DNA of 64,000 bases from an uncultured virus (IMG/VR IMGVR_UViG_3300035515_000418) (Duplodnaviria; Heunggongvirae; Uroviricota; Caudoviricetes): the IMG/VR virus record IMGVR_UViG_3300035515_000418; one strand, 5' to 3'. The translations under genes and the position numbers were made by a program. Positions 30,032 to 40,428 of the stretch are shown here, in pieces. Within the stretch, counting starts at the first letter, position 1. Each line of letters opens with the position of its first letter. Under the pieces are notes generated by a model, which worked only from the letters and a program-made list of their open reading frames with translations, ran no database searches and was not told the DNA's origin.

Positions 30032-30295
30032 ATGAAAAATTACATAAAACAAGTAGCAGGTAAAGTAAGCGACTTAGCCCTTTATAAAAAGAAGGTTTTA
30101 TCTATTATAGTAATTGATTATTTAGTGGTATCTATAATGTCTATTGCCATACTTTCAGGTTATGCCTACTCAGTGTCACCTGTCCTCGCTATAGTTGCAG
30201 GAGTAGTAGCACTAGGGGTAGTTACACATGCCTTTGTAAAAACAATAATATGGGCTAAAGTAAATAAAGAGCTTACAGGCAGATACATAATTTAG
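30032..30295 (+). CDS. Small two-TM membrane protein
   Basis: AGGAGG RBS; two hydrophobic helices. Confidence 0.6.
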   Translation: MKNYIKQVAGKVSDLALYKKKVLSIIVIDYLVVSIMSIAILSGYAYSVSPVLAIVAGVVALGVVTHAFVKTIIWAKVNKELTGRYII

Positions 30296-30384
30296 TAAGT
30301 GGTTTACAAATTATAGAATTTGAATGTGAACCAATAACATCTGGTTAAATCAAGAAACATAAAAAGAAAAGGAAGTGTAAAGTT

Positions 30385-31215
30385 ATGGTAAAGGATGACC
30401 TAGGAAAAAGACAAAAGGCATTTTATGAGGAAGTGCCAAAAACAAGGTTAATGAGAAGGACACCAGTGATAATAAGGGTGGATGGCAAGGCGTTTCACAC
30501 CTTTTGTAGAGGATTTGCAAAACCATATGATGACGTGTTGATTAAATCCATGCAGGAAACAATGCAGTACATGTGTAAGAATATTCAGGGCTGTAAGTTA
30601 GGATATGTACAGTCAGATGAAATTTCTTTGCTGCTTATAGATTATGATACATTTACCACAGGTGCCTGGTTTGACTATGAGGTACAGAAAATGACAAGCG
30701 TAGCAGCTAGTATGGCGACAATGGCTTTTAACAAAGCTTTCAGCAGAAATGTTAAAGAGTTTTACAGTGTCATGGAGTTTAATGAAACAAATAAGCAGTT
30801 ACTGAAAGCTTATGAAGCATCCATAGATAAAGGCGCAATGTTTGATGCAAGAGTTTATAATGTTCCAAGAGAAGAGGTAACAAATTATTTTTATTGGAGA
30901 CAATTAGATGCATCTAGGAACAGTATAGAAATGTTAGGTCAATCACACTTTTCGCCTAAGCAGTTGCATAAGAAATCATGTAATGACATTCAAGACATGT
31001 TAATAGAAAATTTCAATATCAATTGGAATGATGTTGAAACAGTTAAGAAGAGAGGAAGTTGCTGTTTCAAAAAAGAAGCAGTTGTAAAACAGGTTGACAA
31101 TGAAGAAATAGTAAGATACATTTGGATAATTGACAAGGAGATTCCAATTTTCAAGGGTGCAGACAGAGAATACATTGATAAATGGGTATACTCGGTGAAA
31201 GAAATAAATCAATAA
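30385..31215 (+). CDS. tRNA(His) guanylyltransferase Thg1-like protein (3'-5' polymerase)
   Basis: IIRVDGKAFHTF, YVQSDEISLL, FDARV, YFYWRQLDASRNS motifs. Confidence 0.92.
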   Translation: MVKDDLGKRQKAFYEEVPKTRLMRRTPVIIRVDGKAFHTFCRGFAKPYDDVLIKSMQETMQYMCKNIQGCKLGYVQSDEISLLLIDYDTFTTGAWFDYEVQKMTSVAASMATMAFNKAFSRNVKEFYSVMEFNETNKQLLKAYEASIDKGAMFDARVYNVPREEVTNYFYWRQLDASRNSIEMLGQSHFSPKQLHKKSCNDIQDMLIENFNINWNDVETVKKRGSCCFKKEAVVKQVDNEEIVRYIWIIDKEIPIFKGADREYIDKWVYSVKEINQ

Positions 31216-32379
31216 ATGAAAGGCAGGATACTAAAGGAAATGAAATCAAAATCATTAAATCTATTAAAAGTAACAATGTTGATAACAGGAATTACAATGA
31301 CAATGTGTGGGTGTGGTTCATCAAAAACAGAAAAGACTGTTGAAGTTGATAATACATCAACAGAGATAGCTACAGAGGCAGAAAGTGAGACATCATCAGA
31401 TGATAGTATGGTTTACAATGTAAAGATAGATGAGGTCATGTTTGATGATGGAATACTTGGTGGAACCACTAATTATAAGATAGAAATTGAAGATGGTACA
31501 TATAGGATAGAAAGGATAAAGAGTAGCACAGATAAGGATGCTCAGAGTGATGTACTTTCAACAACTGTAGTAGATGATACACTTATAAATGTATTGGACA
31601 CAATAGCAGAGGTAGCTAAGAATGCCAATGATAATGAAAAGACAGTAGAGCCAACAGTTGCAATGGCAGAGGATATGAATAATGTATTGTGGGATGCATT
31701 TGTAAGTTTAAATAATGGACAATCAGACCAGTTAGGCGATGAGATAACAGAGCTAATGGATAAATACCCTGACCAATTAGATGATGACCAGTTTAAAGAA
31801 GTAGACATCAATGTAGATAATGAATTATCAGACAATGAGAAATTCTTGGCAGTAGTAAAATATGTATACGTACCCTACTGGAATAATATACTTGAGGAAG
31901 ATATGCAGAAAGAGATAATCGAGAGTGCATATCCATGGGAAACAATGGGTAATACAGGTTCAATGATGATTGACAGTAGAGATTGGTATATGGACGGTGA
32001 ATATAATGAGACTACAGATGATACTATTGTAGTAACATGGGAAAATGTAGGAAATGGTAGTGGCTATATACAGGTAGGATTGAGAGATAATCTTGAGGAA
32101 GAAGCCTATACAGTATTAGTAGAAAATGAGGATGTAATTAAGCAATTAGATGAACTTGTTGACACGAGGAAAGAGAACTATGCTACATATAATCCAGAGT
32201 TAAACCATTATATGGATAATTTTGCAAATGATTATATCAGTGTATTGGTTGAGAGTGCAAGTATAAATCCAAGTATAGTTTATTTGGAGGATACTGATAT
32301 AGAGAATGCAGTGAAAATTTACAATAGTTCAGTAGATGAATATACGAGTACAATACAGAGTATGACTCTTGCAGATTAA
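31216..32379 (+). CDS. Acidic putative lipoprotein
   Basis: Signal peptide ending MCGCGS; Asp/Glu-rich; start may be an internal Met. Confidence 0.6.
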   Translation: MKGRILKEMKSKSLNLLKVTMLITGITMTMCGCGSSKTEKTVEVDNTSTEIATEAESETSSDDSMVYNVKIDEVMFDDGILGGTTNYKIEIEDGTYRIERIKSSTDKDAQSDVLSTTVVDDTLINVLDTIAEVAKNANDNEKTVEPTVAMAEDMNNVLWDAFVSLNNGQSDQLGDEITELMDKYPDQLDDDQFKEVDINVDNELSDNEKFLAVVKYVYVPYWNNILEEDMQKEIIESAYPWETMGNTGSMMIDSRDWYMDGEYNETTDDTIVVTWENVGNGSGYIQVGLRDNLEEEAYTVLVENEDVIKQLDELVDTRKENYATYNPELNHYMDNFANDYISVLVESASINPSIVYLEDTDIENAVKIYNSSVDEYTSTIQSMTLAD

Positions 32380-32499
32380 GATGTAAAAAGAAAAATAAAA
32401 TCATCAATTGAAATGCAGGTATACAAAAATAATAAATAAGTAATACACGATTTAATTATTAAAGCAAGTGAAATAATATCAAATTACATAGAAAAATCA

Positions 32500-32526
32500 A
32501 AAAGGGACTTGAAAAGAGTCCCTTTT
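32500..32526 (+). terminator. Rho-independent terminator-like hairpin
   Basis: aaaagggactt-gaaaa-gagtccctttt. Confidence 0.6.
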
Positions 32527-32606
32527 ATATATGTAAAGGTAATTTTATTTTTTAATTTTAAAATTTTGGGTGAAATTTGTGACAAGCAGAAAGAGAGGAC
32601 AATGCA

Positions 32607-35600
32607 GTGAGAAAAATAGGCAGGAAAAGGATTTTAGCCGTATTAACAGCACTATCAATGTTAATATCAGAGACACCAGTATATGCTACAGGAGATGTAG
32701 TAGTGGAAGAGGCGACAGCAGACTTAGTGAATTTGGTAGATGATGCACAGCTAAGTGTAGGTAGTAATGGTGTAGAGTATGATAACGTAGTATACTTAAC
32801 ACAAAGTACAGTGGATAAATTAGACACAGACACACAAAAGATTTATTATGACATATGTGATGATATAGCAGACAGAGCAGAAAATGATGCAGCTTTACAA
32901 GATGCAGTAATAGCTGTAGATACAGAAGGAAATTTGTATTATAACTTCACAATTCCAATGAATACACTCACTTTAGAGACCACAGAGAGTTTGAGTGACG
33001 TAAGTTTATTAGACGAGACAGTAGAAATTACAGATGAGAAAACAGTTGATGAAAGTGAAACAATTACATCATCAGAGGAAATCTTAGAAATTACAGAGGA
33101 ATTTGAAACAGAAACAGTAGAAATTTCTGATAAGGATGCTGAGGAAACAGAAACAACAGTAGAAACAGAGAGTGAAATTTCTACAACTGAAGAAGAAACA
33201 ATAAATATTGAGGTTTCAACATCAGTAGATGAAATTTCAACAATAGAAATTGAGTCAGAGGCAGTTGAAACAGAAACAGTAACAGAGGAACCTTCAGATG
33301 AACTTAAAACAGAAACAATAACAGAGGAACTCAAAGCAGAAAACTTAGAGTTAATCATTCCAAATGAGGAAGAAACATTTGAACCAATAGAGGATATCCA
33401 AGTAAGTTTAGATATTGACTTAGGATACGGAAAGAGTGAGAACAAGACAGGTCAGGTACAGATTAATACATTGGCTCCAACAGATAATTACTTCTATGAG
33501 CAGTTGAGTACACTTCAGAAATCCATATATAACTCAGCCAAGTCAAAATTGTTAAATGGTAGTAATCAGTTTGGATTTACAGCTACAATGAGTAGTACAA
33601 TACTTGAGGATATAGAACATGCTGTATCAGCTATAATACTTGAGTATCCAGATAAGACAGACTGGATAGCAAAGCCAGGTGCTATAAGAGGTGAATATGT
33701 ATACACCAAGGGAAGTAGTACAGCAGATTATACAATTACACTGGACAAGTCTAAATATTATAACAGTACACTTGAGAAAAAGGTACAGAGCCAGGTACAG
33801 GCAGTAATTGGTGAGGCTCAGCAATATGCAATAGATAATTACAGTAAATCTCCAGTATATGGTATAGTAAAGTATTTGGATAATTGGATTTGTCAGAATG
33901 TCTATTATGAACAAGTAGGAACTTTAGGATTTGGTGATTACGACAGTAACGGTAATGATAAATATGTAGAGAAACTTAAGAAAGCAGGATATACTTATGA
34001 GCAGATTAATGTATTATTAGAGGTTTACTACAATTGTCATTCAATATATGGTGCAATGCTAAATGGATATGCAGTTTGTGAGAGTTATGCAAAATCAGTT
34101 TCAAGATTGTTAGATGCAATAGGTGTTCCAAATGTTTATGTAACTGGTACAAGTTCAAATGGTGGTCATGCATGGAACTATGTACAAATGCCTAATGGAA
34201 ATTGGTACATGGTAGATACCACTTGGAATGACCCTACTGATGAAACAAAGCCTTCCACTGGTCAGTATTTACTTGTAAAGCTTGACGGAAATCACACAGC
34301 TACAGGAACGCAGTATGGTGGTGAGATGACAGCCTTTAAGTTTCCAAGTGTAGCAAGTTCAAATTATAAAATAGCAAATGAGAGTCTAGCTTTTAACATA
34401 ACAAGTTGTGATTTACAACCAAAAGAAACACTTCAATTAACATATACACCAGCTGATTATTTGAATAGATCTTCAAAGGTTTGGACAAGCAGTAATGAAA
34501 AAGTAGCTAAGGTAGATAAAAATGGTAAAGTTACGGCAGTAGCAGCTGGAAAGGCAACGATAACACTTGCCGTTTCTGGTATGACAGCTGATTGTGAAGT
34601 AAGAGTTAACCAAGTAAAGAGTATAACATGTGCAGATACGGGAAAGGCAAGTGGAACAATATCTATAGGACTTTATAAAGATACTAATTTCAAGGCAGAC
34701 CCTACAGAGTATACATTGAATATTGACATGGGAAATTCAGCAAGGTCAGCAGCCAATTTAGTAAATGGTGAATTGATAGATGCACCTAAGATTACATTTA
34801 GTAAAGGTGATACAAGTGATATAGTAAGTATTGTACAGAAATTGGTGGTAGGTAATCAGTTAGACTTAAAGGTAAGTGCAAAGAAAGCAGGAACTGACAC
34901 AATAACAATAAGCTTTGGTGGAAAGAAAGCCACAATTAAAGTAAATGTAGGTACAGCTATAACAGGTGACATGTTTAATGTAGACTTCGAGTCATTAGGA
35001 ATGGTAGGAAAGTTGAATACAGTGTACACTGGAAAAGCTATTAAGCCTAAGGTTACAAAGAGTTCTACAGCTCCAAAGGATTTAAAGTACAAGGTAACTT
35101 ACTTGAACAATGTAAATTATGGTAATGCAACAGTAAGAATAAGTGGAACTGGTAAATATGCAGGACAAGTTGATTATAGCTTTTATATAAGACAGTTTAC
35201 TTTAACCAGTGACAGTTCAATAGTAGATACAAAGGCAGTAAAAGCAAAAGTGTACAATGGTGGCGAAAATGCTCCAGCAGTTAAAGTACAATCTGTCAAT
35301 GGTAAAACAAAGAAAGTGCTTAAATATGGAAAAGATTATACAGTGTTATATAATGGAACAGATTATACAGGAAAGACATTACCAGTTGGTAAGTATACAA
35401 TAAGTATTAAAGGTATAAACAATTATACAGGTACGATACAGACAAATATTACTTATGAGGTAAAACAGAATACAATAAGTAAATTGTCAGTGACATGTGC
35501 ATCAAGTATTAAATATACTGGAAAGGCATTAAATCCAGTAACAGCAGTAAAGATTGGCAAGAATGTACTTCCAGAAAGTGATTATAGTATAGAATATCAC

Positions 35601-35735
35601 ATTGGAACAGAAGATGGAACAAAGGTAAATAATGTATTATCAAAGGGAAGTTATGTAGCAGTCATTAAGGTTAAGGGAAATAACTTAACCACAGATAAAA
35701 AGACACAATTAATAAAGAAATTTACAGTGAAATAG
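32607..35735 (+). CDS. Secreted surface protein: acidic linker, transglutaminase-like domain, Ig-like (Big_2) and beta repeats
   Basis: Signal peptide; AVCESYAK / GHAWN / VDTTWND triad; WTSSNEKVAKVDKNGKVTAV Big_2; YTGKA.KP repeats. Confidence 0.8.
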   Translation: MRKIGRKRILAVLTALSMLISETPVYATGDVVVEEATADLVNLVDDAQLSVGSNGVEYDNVVYLTQSTVDKLDTDTQKIYYDICDDIADRAENDAALQDAVIAVDTEGNLYYNFTIPMNTLTLETTESLSDVSLLDETVEITDEKTVDESETITSSEEILEITEEFETETVEISDKDAEETETTVETESEISTTEEETINIEVSTSVDEISTIEIESEAVETETVTEEPSDELKTETITEELKAENLELIIPNEEETFEPIEDIQVSLDIDLGYGKSENKTGQVQINTLAPTDNYFYEQLSTLQKSIYNSAKSKLLNGSNQFGFTATMSSTILEDIEHAVSAIILEYPDKTDWIAKPGAIRGEYVYTKGSSTADYTITLDKSKYYNSTLEKKVQSQVQAVIGEAQQYAIDNYSKSPVYGIVKYLDNWICQNVYYEQVGTLGFGDYDSNGNDKYVEKLKKAGYTYEQINVLLEVYYNCHSIYGAMLNGYAVCESYAKSVSRLLDAIGVPNVYVTGTSSNGGHAWNYVQMPNGNWYMVDTTWNDPTDETKPSTGQYLLVKLDGNHTATGTQYGGEMTAFKFPSVASSNYKIANESLAFNITSCDLQPKETLQLTYTPADYLNRSSKVWTSSNEKVAKVDKNGKVTAVAAGKATITLAVSGMTADCEVRVNQVKSITCADTGKASGTISIGLYKDTNFKADPTEYTLNIDMGNSARSAANLVNGELIDAPKITFSKGDTSDIVSIVQKLVVGNQLDLKVSAKKAGTDTITISFGGKKATIKVNVGTAITGDMFNVDFESLGMVGKLNTVYTGKAIKPKVTKSSTAPKDLKYKVTYLNNVNYGNATVRISGTGKYAGQVDYSFYIRQFTLTSDSSIVDTKAVKAKVYNGGENAPAVKVQSVNGKTKKVLKYGKDYTVLYNGTDYTGKTLPVGKYTISIKGINNYTGTIQTNITYEVKQNTISKLSVTCASSIKYTGKALNPVTAVKIGKNVLPESDYSIEYHIGTEDGTKVNNVLSKGSYVAVIKVKGNNLTTDKKTQLIKKFTVK

Positions 35736-35825
35736 TTTAAAGGATTGATGAGGTGACATATGAGTGTACAGTAATAAATGTAGTGATTACAAAGATAAAG
35801 AGTGTAGTAATAGTAAAAGAGAGAA

Positions 35826-37364
35826 ATGGGTAATTACAAGATTTATTCTAGGTATACTCATATGGATACCTATAGTCATAGGTCTAGGAACAATAGGAAA
35901 TATATAAAGGAGCTTCAGGAAATGGAAAATTACAGTACAAATACTAATAGACCTAGAAAAAGGGGAATTAAGGGAATGAAAACTAAGTATACACTAGTAC
36001 CAGTAGGAAATCCACATGGAAAACTAGTTAAGGATAAAGATAAGCAATTGTCAATGATAAAGGCTTTAAAAACATTTGATACCAGAACAGTAGTAATGAA
36101 AGATGGACAGTTGGAAGTACAGAGCTATACAGTACATGAGGGTGAACTTGGTGGATTGGTTCAAGGATATAGCAATTTAAGTCAGTCAGGAAGTTGTTGG
36201 ATATTTCCAGATGCAGAGGTATACGATAACAGTGTAGTAAGTGATGATGCAATAGTAGTTGATTCAATACTTAATGAAAGTGCTAAAGTGTACAGTAAAG
36301 CTGTAGTAAGAGGTACAAGATTAAGAGACAAAGTACAGATAGGTGAAAGTGCAATCATATTGAATGATATGGACAAGTTTAATATAATATGTGGTAATGC
36401 TATAATAAATGGGAGTACATTCATTCATGATTGTAAGCAATTGTTTATAGGTGGAAATTCACTTATAACTGGAAAAGTAACAATAACAGGTTCAGATGTT
36501 GCAATAGATGATAAGGTTAGGTTAAAAGGAAATAGTAATGGTACTGGTATACAGATAAATACACATGTAAAATTAACTGAATCAGTGTTAATACAAGGAA
36601 TAGCTGAATTAAACAATGTAATAATATGTGACTCAGTAAATTTAAGAAGTGAAGAAATAATAAAAGGTATAAGTGCACCAGGAAAGCCAGTAATAGTTTC
36701 AGGTAGAACAAAGTATTCAATAGTAATGCATGGTGCTACAGTAGTGAGTGCTTGCAAGATACATGGTAGTGGTAGGATAGGAAGCACCTCATCAGACAAG
36801 TTACAGATAAATGATGATATATGTCTTGAGCACGATGAACTTCTTACTCAGGAAGAAATAAACAGACACACAATAAAACCAGTAGAAAAAGTAGAACAGG
36901 TAGTAAAAAATAATGCAGTTCCAATTACAGATGAAGTCACAGAGGAAACACAAGTAGAGATAGGAAACACATCAAAACCTAATGATGATGTTACAATGAA
37001 CAATCCAATAACTAAGTCAAAATTAAAAGTCACTAACACAGATACGAGTGAAAATCATGAATACAGTACAATGATGTTGAAAGACCTAAATATGTTTGAA
37101 AGTATAGTGGCGGTTTGTGACAGAACATCAGGTACATTAGAGATACAGTATGAATTAAAAATTGATAAGTTTAATACGCATATGTTACATTACTATAATT
37201 TGGATAGAATCAGTGCTAACATAGGAAATGACTTATTCTTAGATACAAAGAGTAAATATAAGAATATAGGAAAAGCTGATAAAGACATGTCAGAATATGA
37301 ACTGGCAAAAACATGTGAACTTGTGCATGTATTTGTAACAATGGGTCTGAAACAGAATAAATAA
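35826..37364 (+). CDS. Phage-type left-handed beta-helix (hexapeptide repeat) protein
   Basis: IKALKTF...GELGGLV....NLSQSGSCWI...AEVYDNSVV followed by hexapeptide repeats; alternative start ATG 35976. Confidence 0.7.
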   Translation: MGNYKIYSRYTHMDTYSHRSRNNRKYIKELQEMENYSTNTNRPRKRGIKGMKTKYTLVPVGNPHGKLVKDKDKQLSMIKALKTFDTRTVVMKDGQLEVQSYTVHEGELGGLVQGYSNLSQSGSCWIFPDAEVYDNSVVSDDAIVVDSILNESAKVYSKAVVRGTRLRDKVQIGESAIILNDMDKFNIICGNAIINGSTFIHDCKQLFIGGNSLITGKVTITGSDVAIDDKVRLKGNSNGTGIQINTHVKLTESVLIQGIAELNNVIICDSVNLRSEEIIKGISAPGKPVIVSGRTKYSIVMHGATVVSACKIHGSGRIGSTSSDKLQINDDICLEHDELLTQEEINRHTIKPVEKVEQVVKNNAVPITDEVTEETQVEIGNTSKPNDDVTMNNPITKSKLKVTNTDTSENHEYSTMMLKDLNMFESIVAVCDRTSGTLEIQYELKIDKFNTHMLHYYNLDRISANIGNDLFLDTKSKYKNIGKADKDMSEYELAKTCELVHVFVTMGLKQNK

Positions 37365-37375
37365 GTTAGAAATTT

Positions 37376-37418
37376 GAAATAGGTGTTGCTGAATAAAATT
37401 AAAAGTAACACCTATTTC
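37376..37418 (+). terminator. Inverted repeat after the gene (terminator or stability hairpin)
   Basis: gaaataggtgttgct / agtaacacctatttc. Confidence 0.55.
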
Positions 37419-37619
37419 CTGTAATAATACTTAAATATTGACATTAGATTTAATAGGAATTAATTTTAAATTAAAAAGGAAAGTGCAAAGACATAGGATA
37501 AAGCCAGTGTGGCATACAAAATTTAAGGACAGTATAAAAATGAATTAATAAAGCTATTAAAATATATAGGGCAACTTGGTAATAATTTTGTCATAGCCTG
37601 AAGGAAAGGAAAGAAAATA

Positions 37620-38723
37620 ATGATAAAGGAGAAGGAACAAAGTTTAGATGAACTTTACGGGGACTTAATAAGTAAGTTTATGAGGGTGGATAGGTATATC
37701 ATGTATGGTATGTTGTGTGTAGAAGTGCTGTTTATGATAATATACCTTGCGACTGATGTAATAACAATGGGTATAACAAAGTATATCATGTTATATATTG
37801 TAAGACCATTCTTAGCATGTGCAATAATATACAGGTCAGGAAGTTTTGTATTAAGATACTCAGATAATATTAATTTGACAGATACGACAAAAGTAAGTGT
37901 GCCATTGATAATATTGCTTGGTATACTTGGTGTCTTAATAAGAGTACATTATGTATTTCCAACACTCTATGGAACAATAATAATACCATTGTGTTTGAGC
38001 ACAGCTTTTGGTAATAAACAAGTGGAAAAGAGGATATACATATTATCTTATATAGTAATAACAATAGCATTAATGCTTACTTACACTGATAAGTATAGTG
38101 TAAGACCACAGAAATTCATGTTTGATGCCTTAATAACATATGTAGAAATTTTCTTTACAGATATTTATGTAAGGTACATAATATCATTTGAGAAACGTAA
38201 AGATGTATTGGTACATAAGTACCATGCAAGAAGCAGTGCATTGAGTAAAGAGGCAAGTACAGACCCATTGACAGGTTTATTAAATATAAAAGCTTTTACA
38301 AGAATAATGACTGCATGGATGGATGATGTAGCAAGAAATGATTTTGCATTTTGTATCATAGACATAGATAACTTTAAAAGAGTTAATGATACTTATGGTC
38401 ATAATTTTGGTAACATAGTATTAAAAAGGTTAGCACAGTTGCTAATAGATGCAAGCTCAGATAATATAATAGTTGCACGATATGGTGGCGAGGAGTTCTG
38501 TTTCTTAATAAGTGGTGATGATAAGTATGTAATGAAAGAGATAGTGGATAAAGTGAGAAGGGAATTTAAAAATCAGGAATACAGAGAGACACCAGACAGG
38601 TTTACATTTAGTGGTGGTTTGGCAGTATGGGATAAGAAGTGTAGGCTTGATGAATTGATAATGTTAGCAGATGCAAATTTGTATACAGCTAAAGGCGATG
38701 GAAAAGATAAAATAGTTGTGTAG
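37620..38723 (+). CDS. Membrane-bound diguanylate cyclase (GGDEF domain)
   Basis: About 5-6 TM helices; DPLTGLLN, DIDNFKRVNDTYGH, RYGGEEF, AD..LY.AK..GK. Confidence 0.92.
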   Translation: MIKEKEQSLDELYGDLISKFMRVDRYIMYGMLCVEVLFMIIYLATDVITMGITKYIMLYIVRPFLACAIIYRSGSFVLRYSDNINLTDTTKVSVPLIILLGILGVLIRVHYVFPTLYGTIIIPLCLSTAFGNKQVEKRIYILSYIVITIALMLTYTDKYSVRPQKFMFDALITYVEIFFTDIYVRYIISFEKRKDVLVHKYHARSSALSKEASTDPLTGLLNIKAFTRIMTAWMDDVARNDFAFCIIDIDNFKRVNDTYGHNFGNIVLKRLAQLLIDASSDNIIVARYGGEEFCFLISGDDKYVMKEIVDKVRREFKNQEYRETPDRFTFSGGLAVWDKKCRLDELIMLADANLYTAKGDGKDKIVV

Positions 38724-38815
38724 GGCAGTATGAAAATAAATTATACTTGGTACTAAGCAATAAAATATATTGGGTATAATTTATTTTTTAAGTAAAGGAA
38801 AAGGAATGGTGAAAA

Positions 38816-39469
38816 ATGGGTAATTGGCGACATGAATTATTAAAAGACCTTAGTTTAGAGAGTGATAAGATACCAGAAGGATTTGATGAGAGTTTAGGAT
38901 TAGCACTAGCATTAGTAAGTGCACATAGTAATTTAACTCTTGTGCAGTTAAACATATTTAAGTTATATTATATAGGTGAGATGAGCATCTCAGAAATAAT
39001 AGAAACAGAAAACAGAATAGAGGAAGCATCAGTAAATAGTGGATTTACAGAAGTTGGTGTTAAATATGCAATATGGGCAGTATTGAATGAATTGAAAAAG
39101 TACAATTACGATAAAATGTTAGTGAATGGCGTTAGTGGTACATTGATGAAACTTGAAAACTCACTCAATAATCTGTATAAGCTGAAAAGGGACATGGTGG
39201 TAGAAACAATACCACATGCTAAAAGTGAGTTAGGAATTACTGAGAAAAGAGTACACAGTAAGGATGACAGAATGACAAACACAGATTTAGAGTTTAGCAT
39301 AGATTCAAGAACAAGAAATTTATTGTTTAGACATAGTATAAGAAGTCTTGAACAATTAGCTGGAACTAAGGTAAGCGATTTAAAGAAAATGAATGGCATG
39401 GGTGAAAAGGCTTTGTCACAGATAATAAGGGCTTGTTCAGATAATAACATTGAGTTAGTAATGAGTTAA
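38816..39469 (+). CDS. Protein with C-terminal RNA polymerase alpha-CTD-like (HhH) domain and a possible sigma-region-4-like HTH
   Basis: SRTRNLLFRHSIRSLEQL....SDLKKMNGMGEKALSQI; LT..Q..IFKLYY...MSISEI. Confidence 0.65.
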   Translation: MGNWRHELLKDLSLESDKIPEGFDESLGLALALVSAHSNLTLVQLNIFKLYYIGEMSISEIIETENRIEEASVNSGFTEVGVKYAIWAVLNELKKYNYDKMLVNGVSGTLMKLENSLNNLYKLKRDMVVETIPHAKSELGITEKRVHSKDDRMTNTDLEFSIDSRTRNLLFRHSIRSLEQLAGTKVSDLKKMNGMGEKALSQIIRACSDNNIELVMS

Positions 39470-39769
39470 CTTAAAAATTAATACATCCAAGATATACAGT
39501 AAGAAATAAAAGATAATACACACTAAAATATCAATGTGCAGTAAAAACTTGTGAATAAGAAAGTATAAAATTTCGAGTGAAAATTTAAGAAAATTGTACA
39601 TATAAAAATTAGATATACATTTGAGAAAAATTTAATTAAACTAGTGAGAATGAAAATGATACATAAAAGTATACAGTGGGTGTAAATTAGCAGTATTATA
39701 AATTTTATGAGTTTTATGAGAGTAAAACCATAAAAAATTTCAAAATTCAACTTTCAAAAGGTTTATGGG

Positions 39770-40402
39770 TTGATAATAAAGAGGAACACTAGAATGTTAA
39801 GGTTAAGAAAGGCTAAACCAGACATGACACGAATGAGGATAAGAAGAAATACGATTTTAAAGAAAACACTTGTAGGAATGCTGACAGTTGCAGTATTAAC
39901 AGGATTGCAGGGTTGTAATTGTGAAAGCAGTTTAGAAAAATCAAAATCAAGTAAAAGTGACAGTGGTGGTGAAAGTGATAGTAATGCAACAGTAACAGAG
40001 GTAAGTTCAGAGGTACTAGAAAAAGTAACAGAGGAATTACCACAAGACTTGAAGGATTTTATAGGACTTACTACATCAGAATTAAATACAAATGAATTAA
40101 ATAAAAAGGCAAACGAAATAAATGAATTGACAAGTGATATAGATTTTGTGTTCAATTCTGGTAACACTTATACATGGGAGCTATTCGGGATAACAAGAGA
40201 AACCTTAGATAAGTTGACGGAAATAATTCAAGAACTAGAATTTTATGAATTTGAGTCCACCTATACAGAGAATAGTACACCAGTAATATACAGAGCCACA
40301 GCACAATGGGAATCTGGTGGAAAGACAGTCATAAGTACATCATATGAGACAATGGATGAAGAGTTATATATCATGACAATAACATGTACAGCAGTTGAAT
40401 AA
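39770..40402 (+). CDS. Putative lipoprotein
   Basis: Basic N-region, hydrophobic stretch, LQGC lipobox; start uncertain. Confidence 0.55.
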   Translation: MIIKRNTRMLRLRKAKPDMTRMRIRRNTILKKTLVGMLTVAVLTGLQGCNCESSLEKSKSSKSDSGGESDSNATVTEVSSEVLEKVTEELPQDLKDFIGLTTSELNTNELNKKANEINELTSDIDFVFNSGNTYTWELFGITRETLDKLTEIIQELEFYEFESTYTENSTPVIYRATAQWESGGKTVISTSYETMDEELYIMTITCTAVE

Positions 40403-40428
40403 AAATATTAGAACAAGGAGAATAAAAG

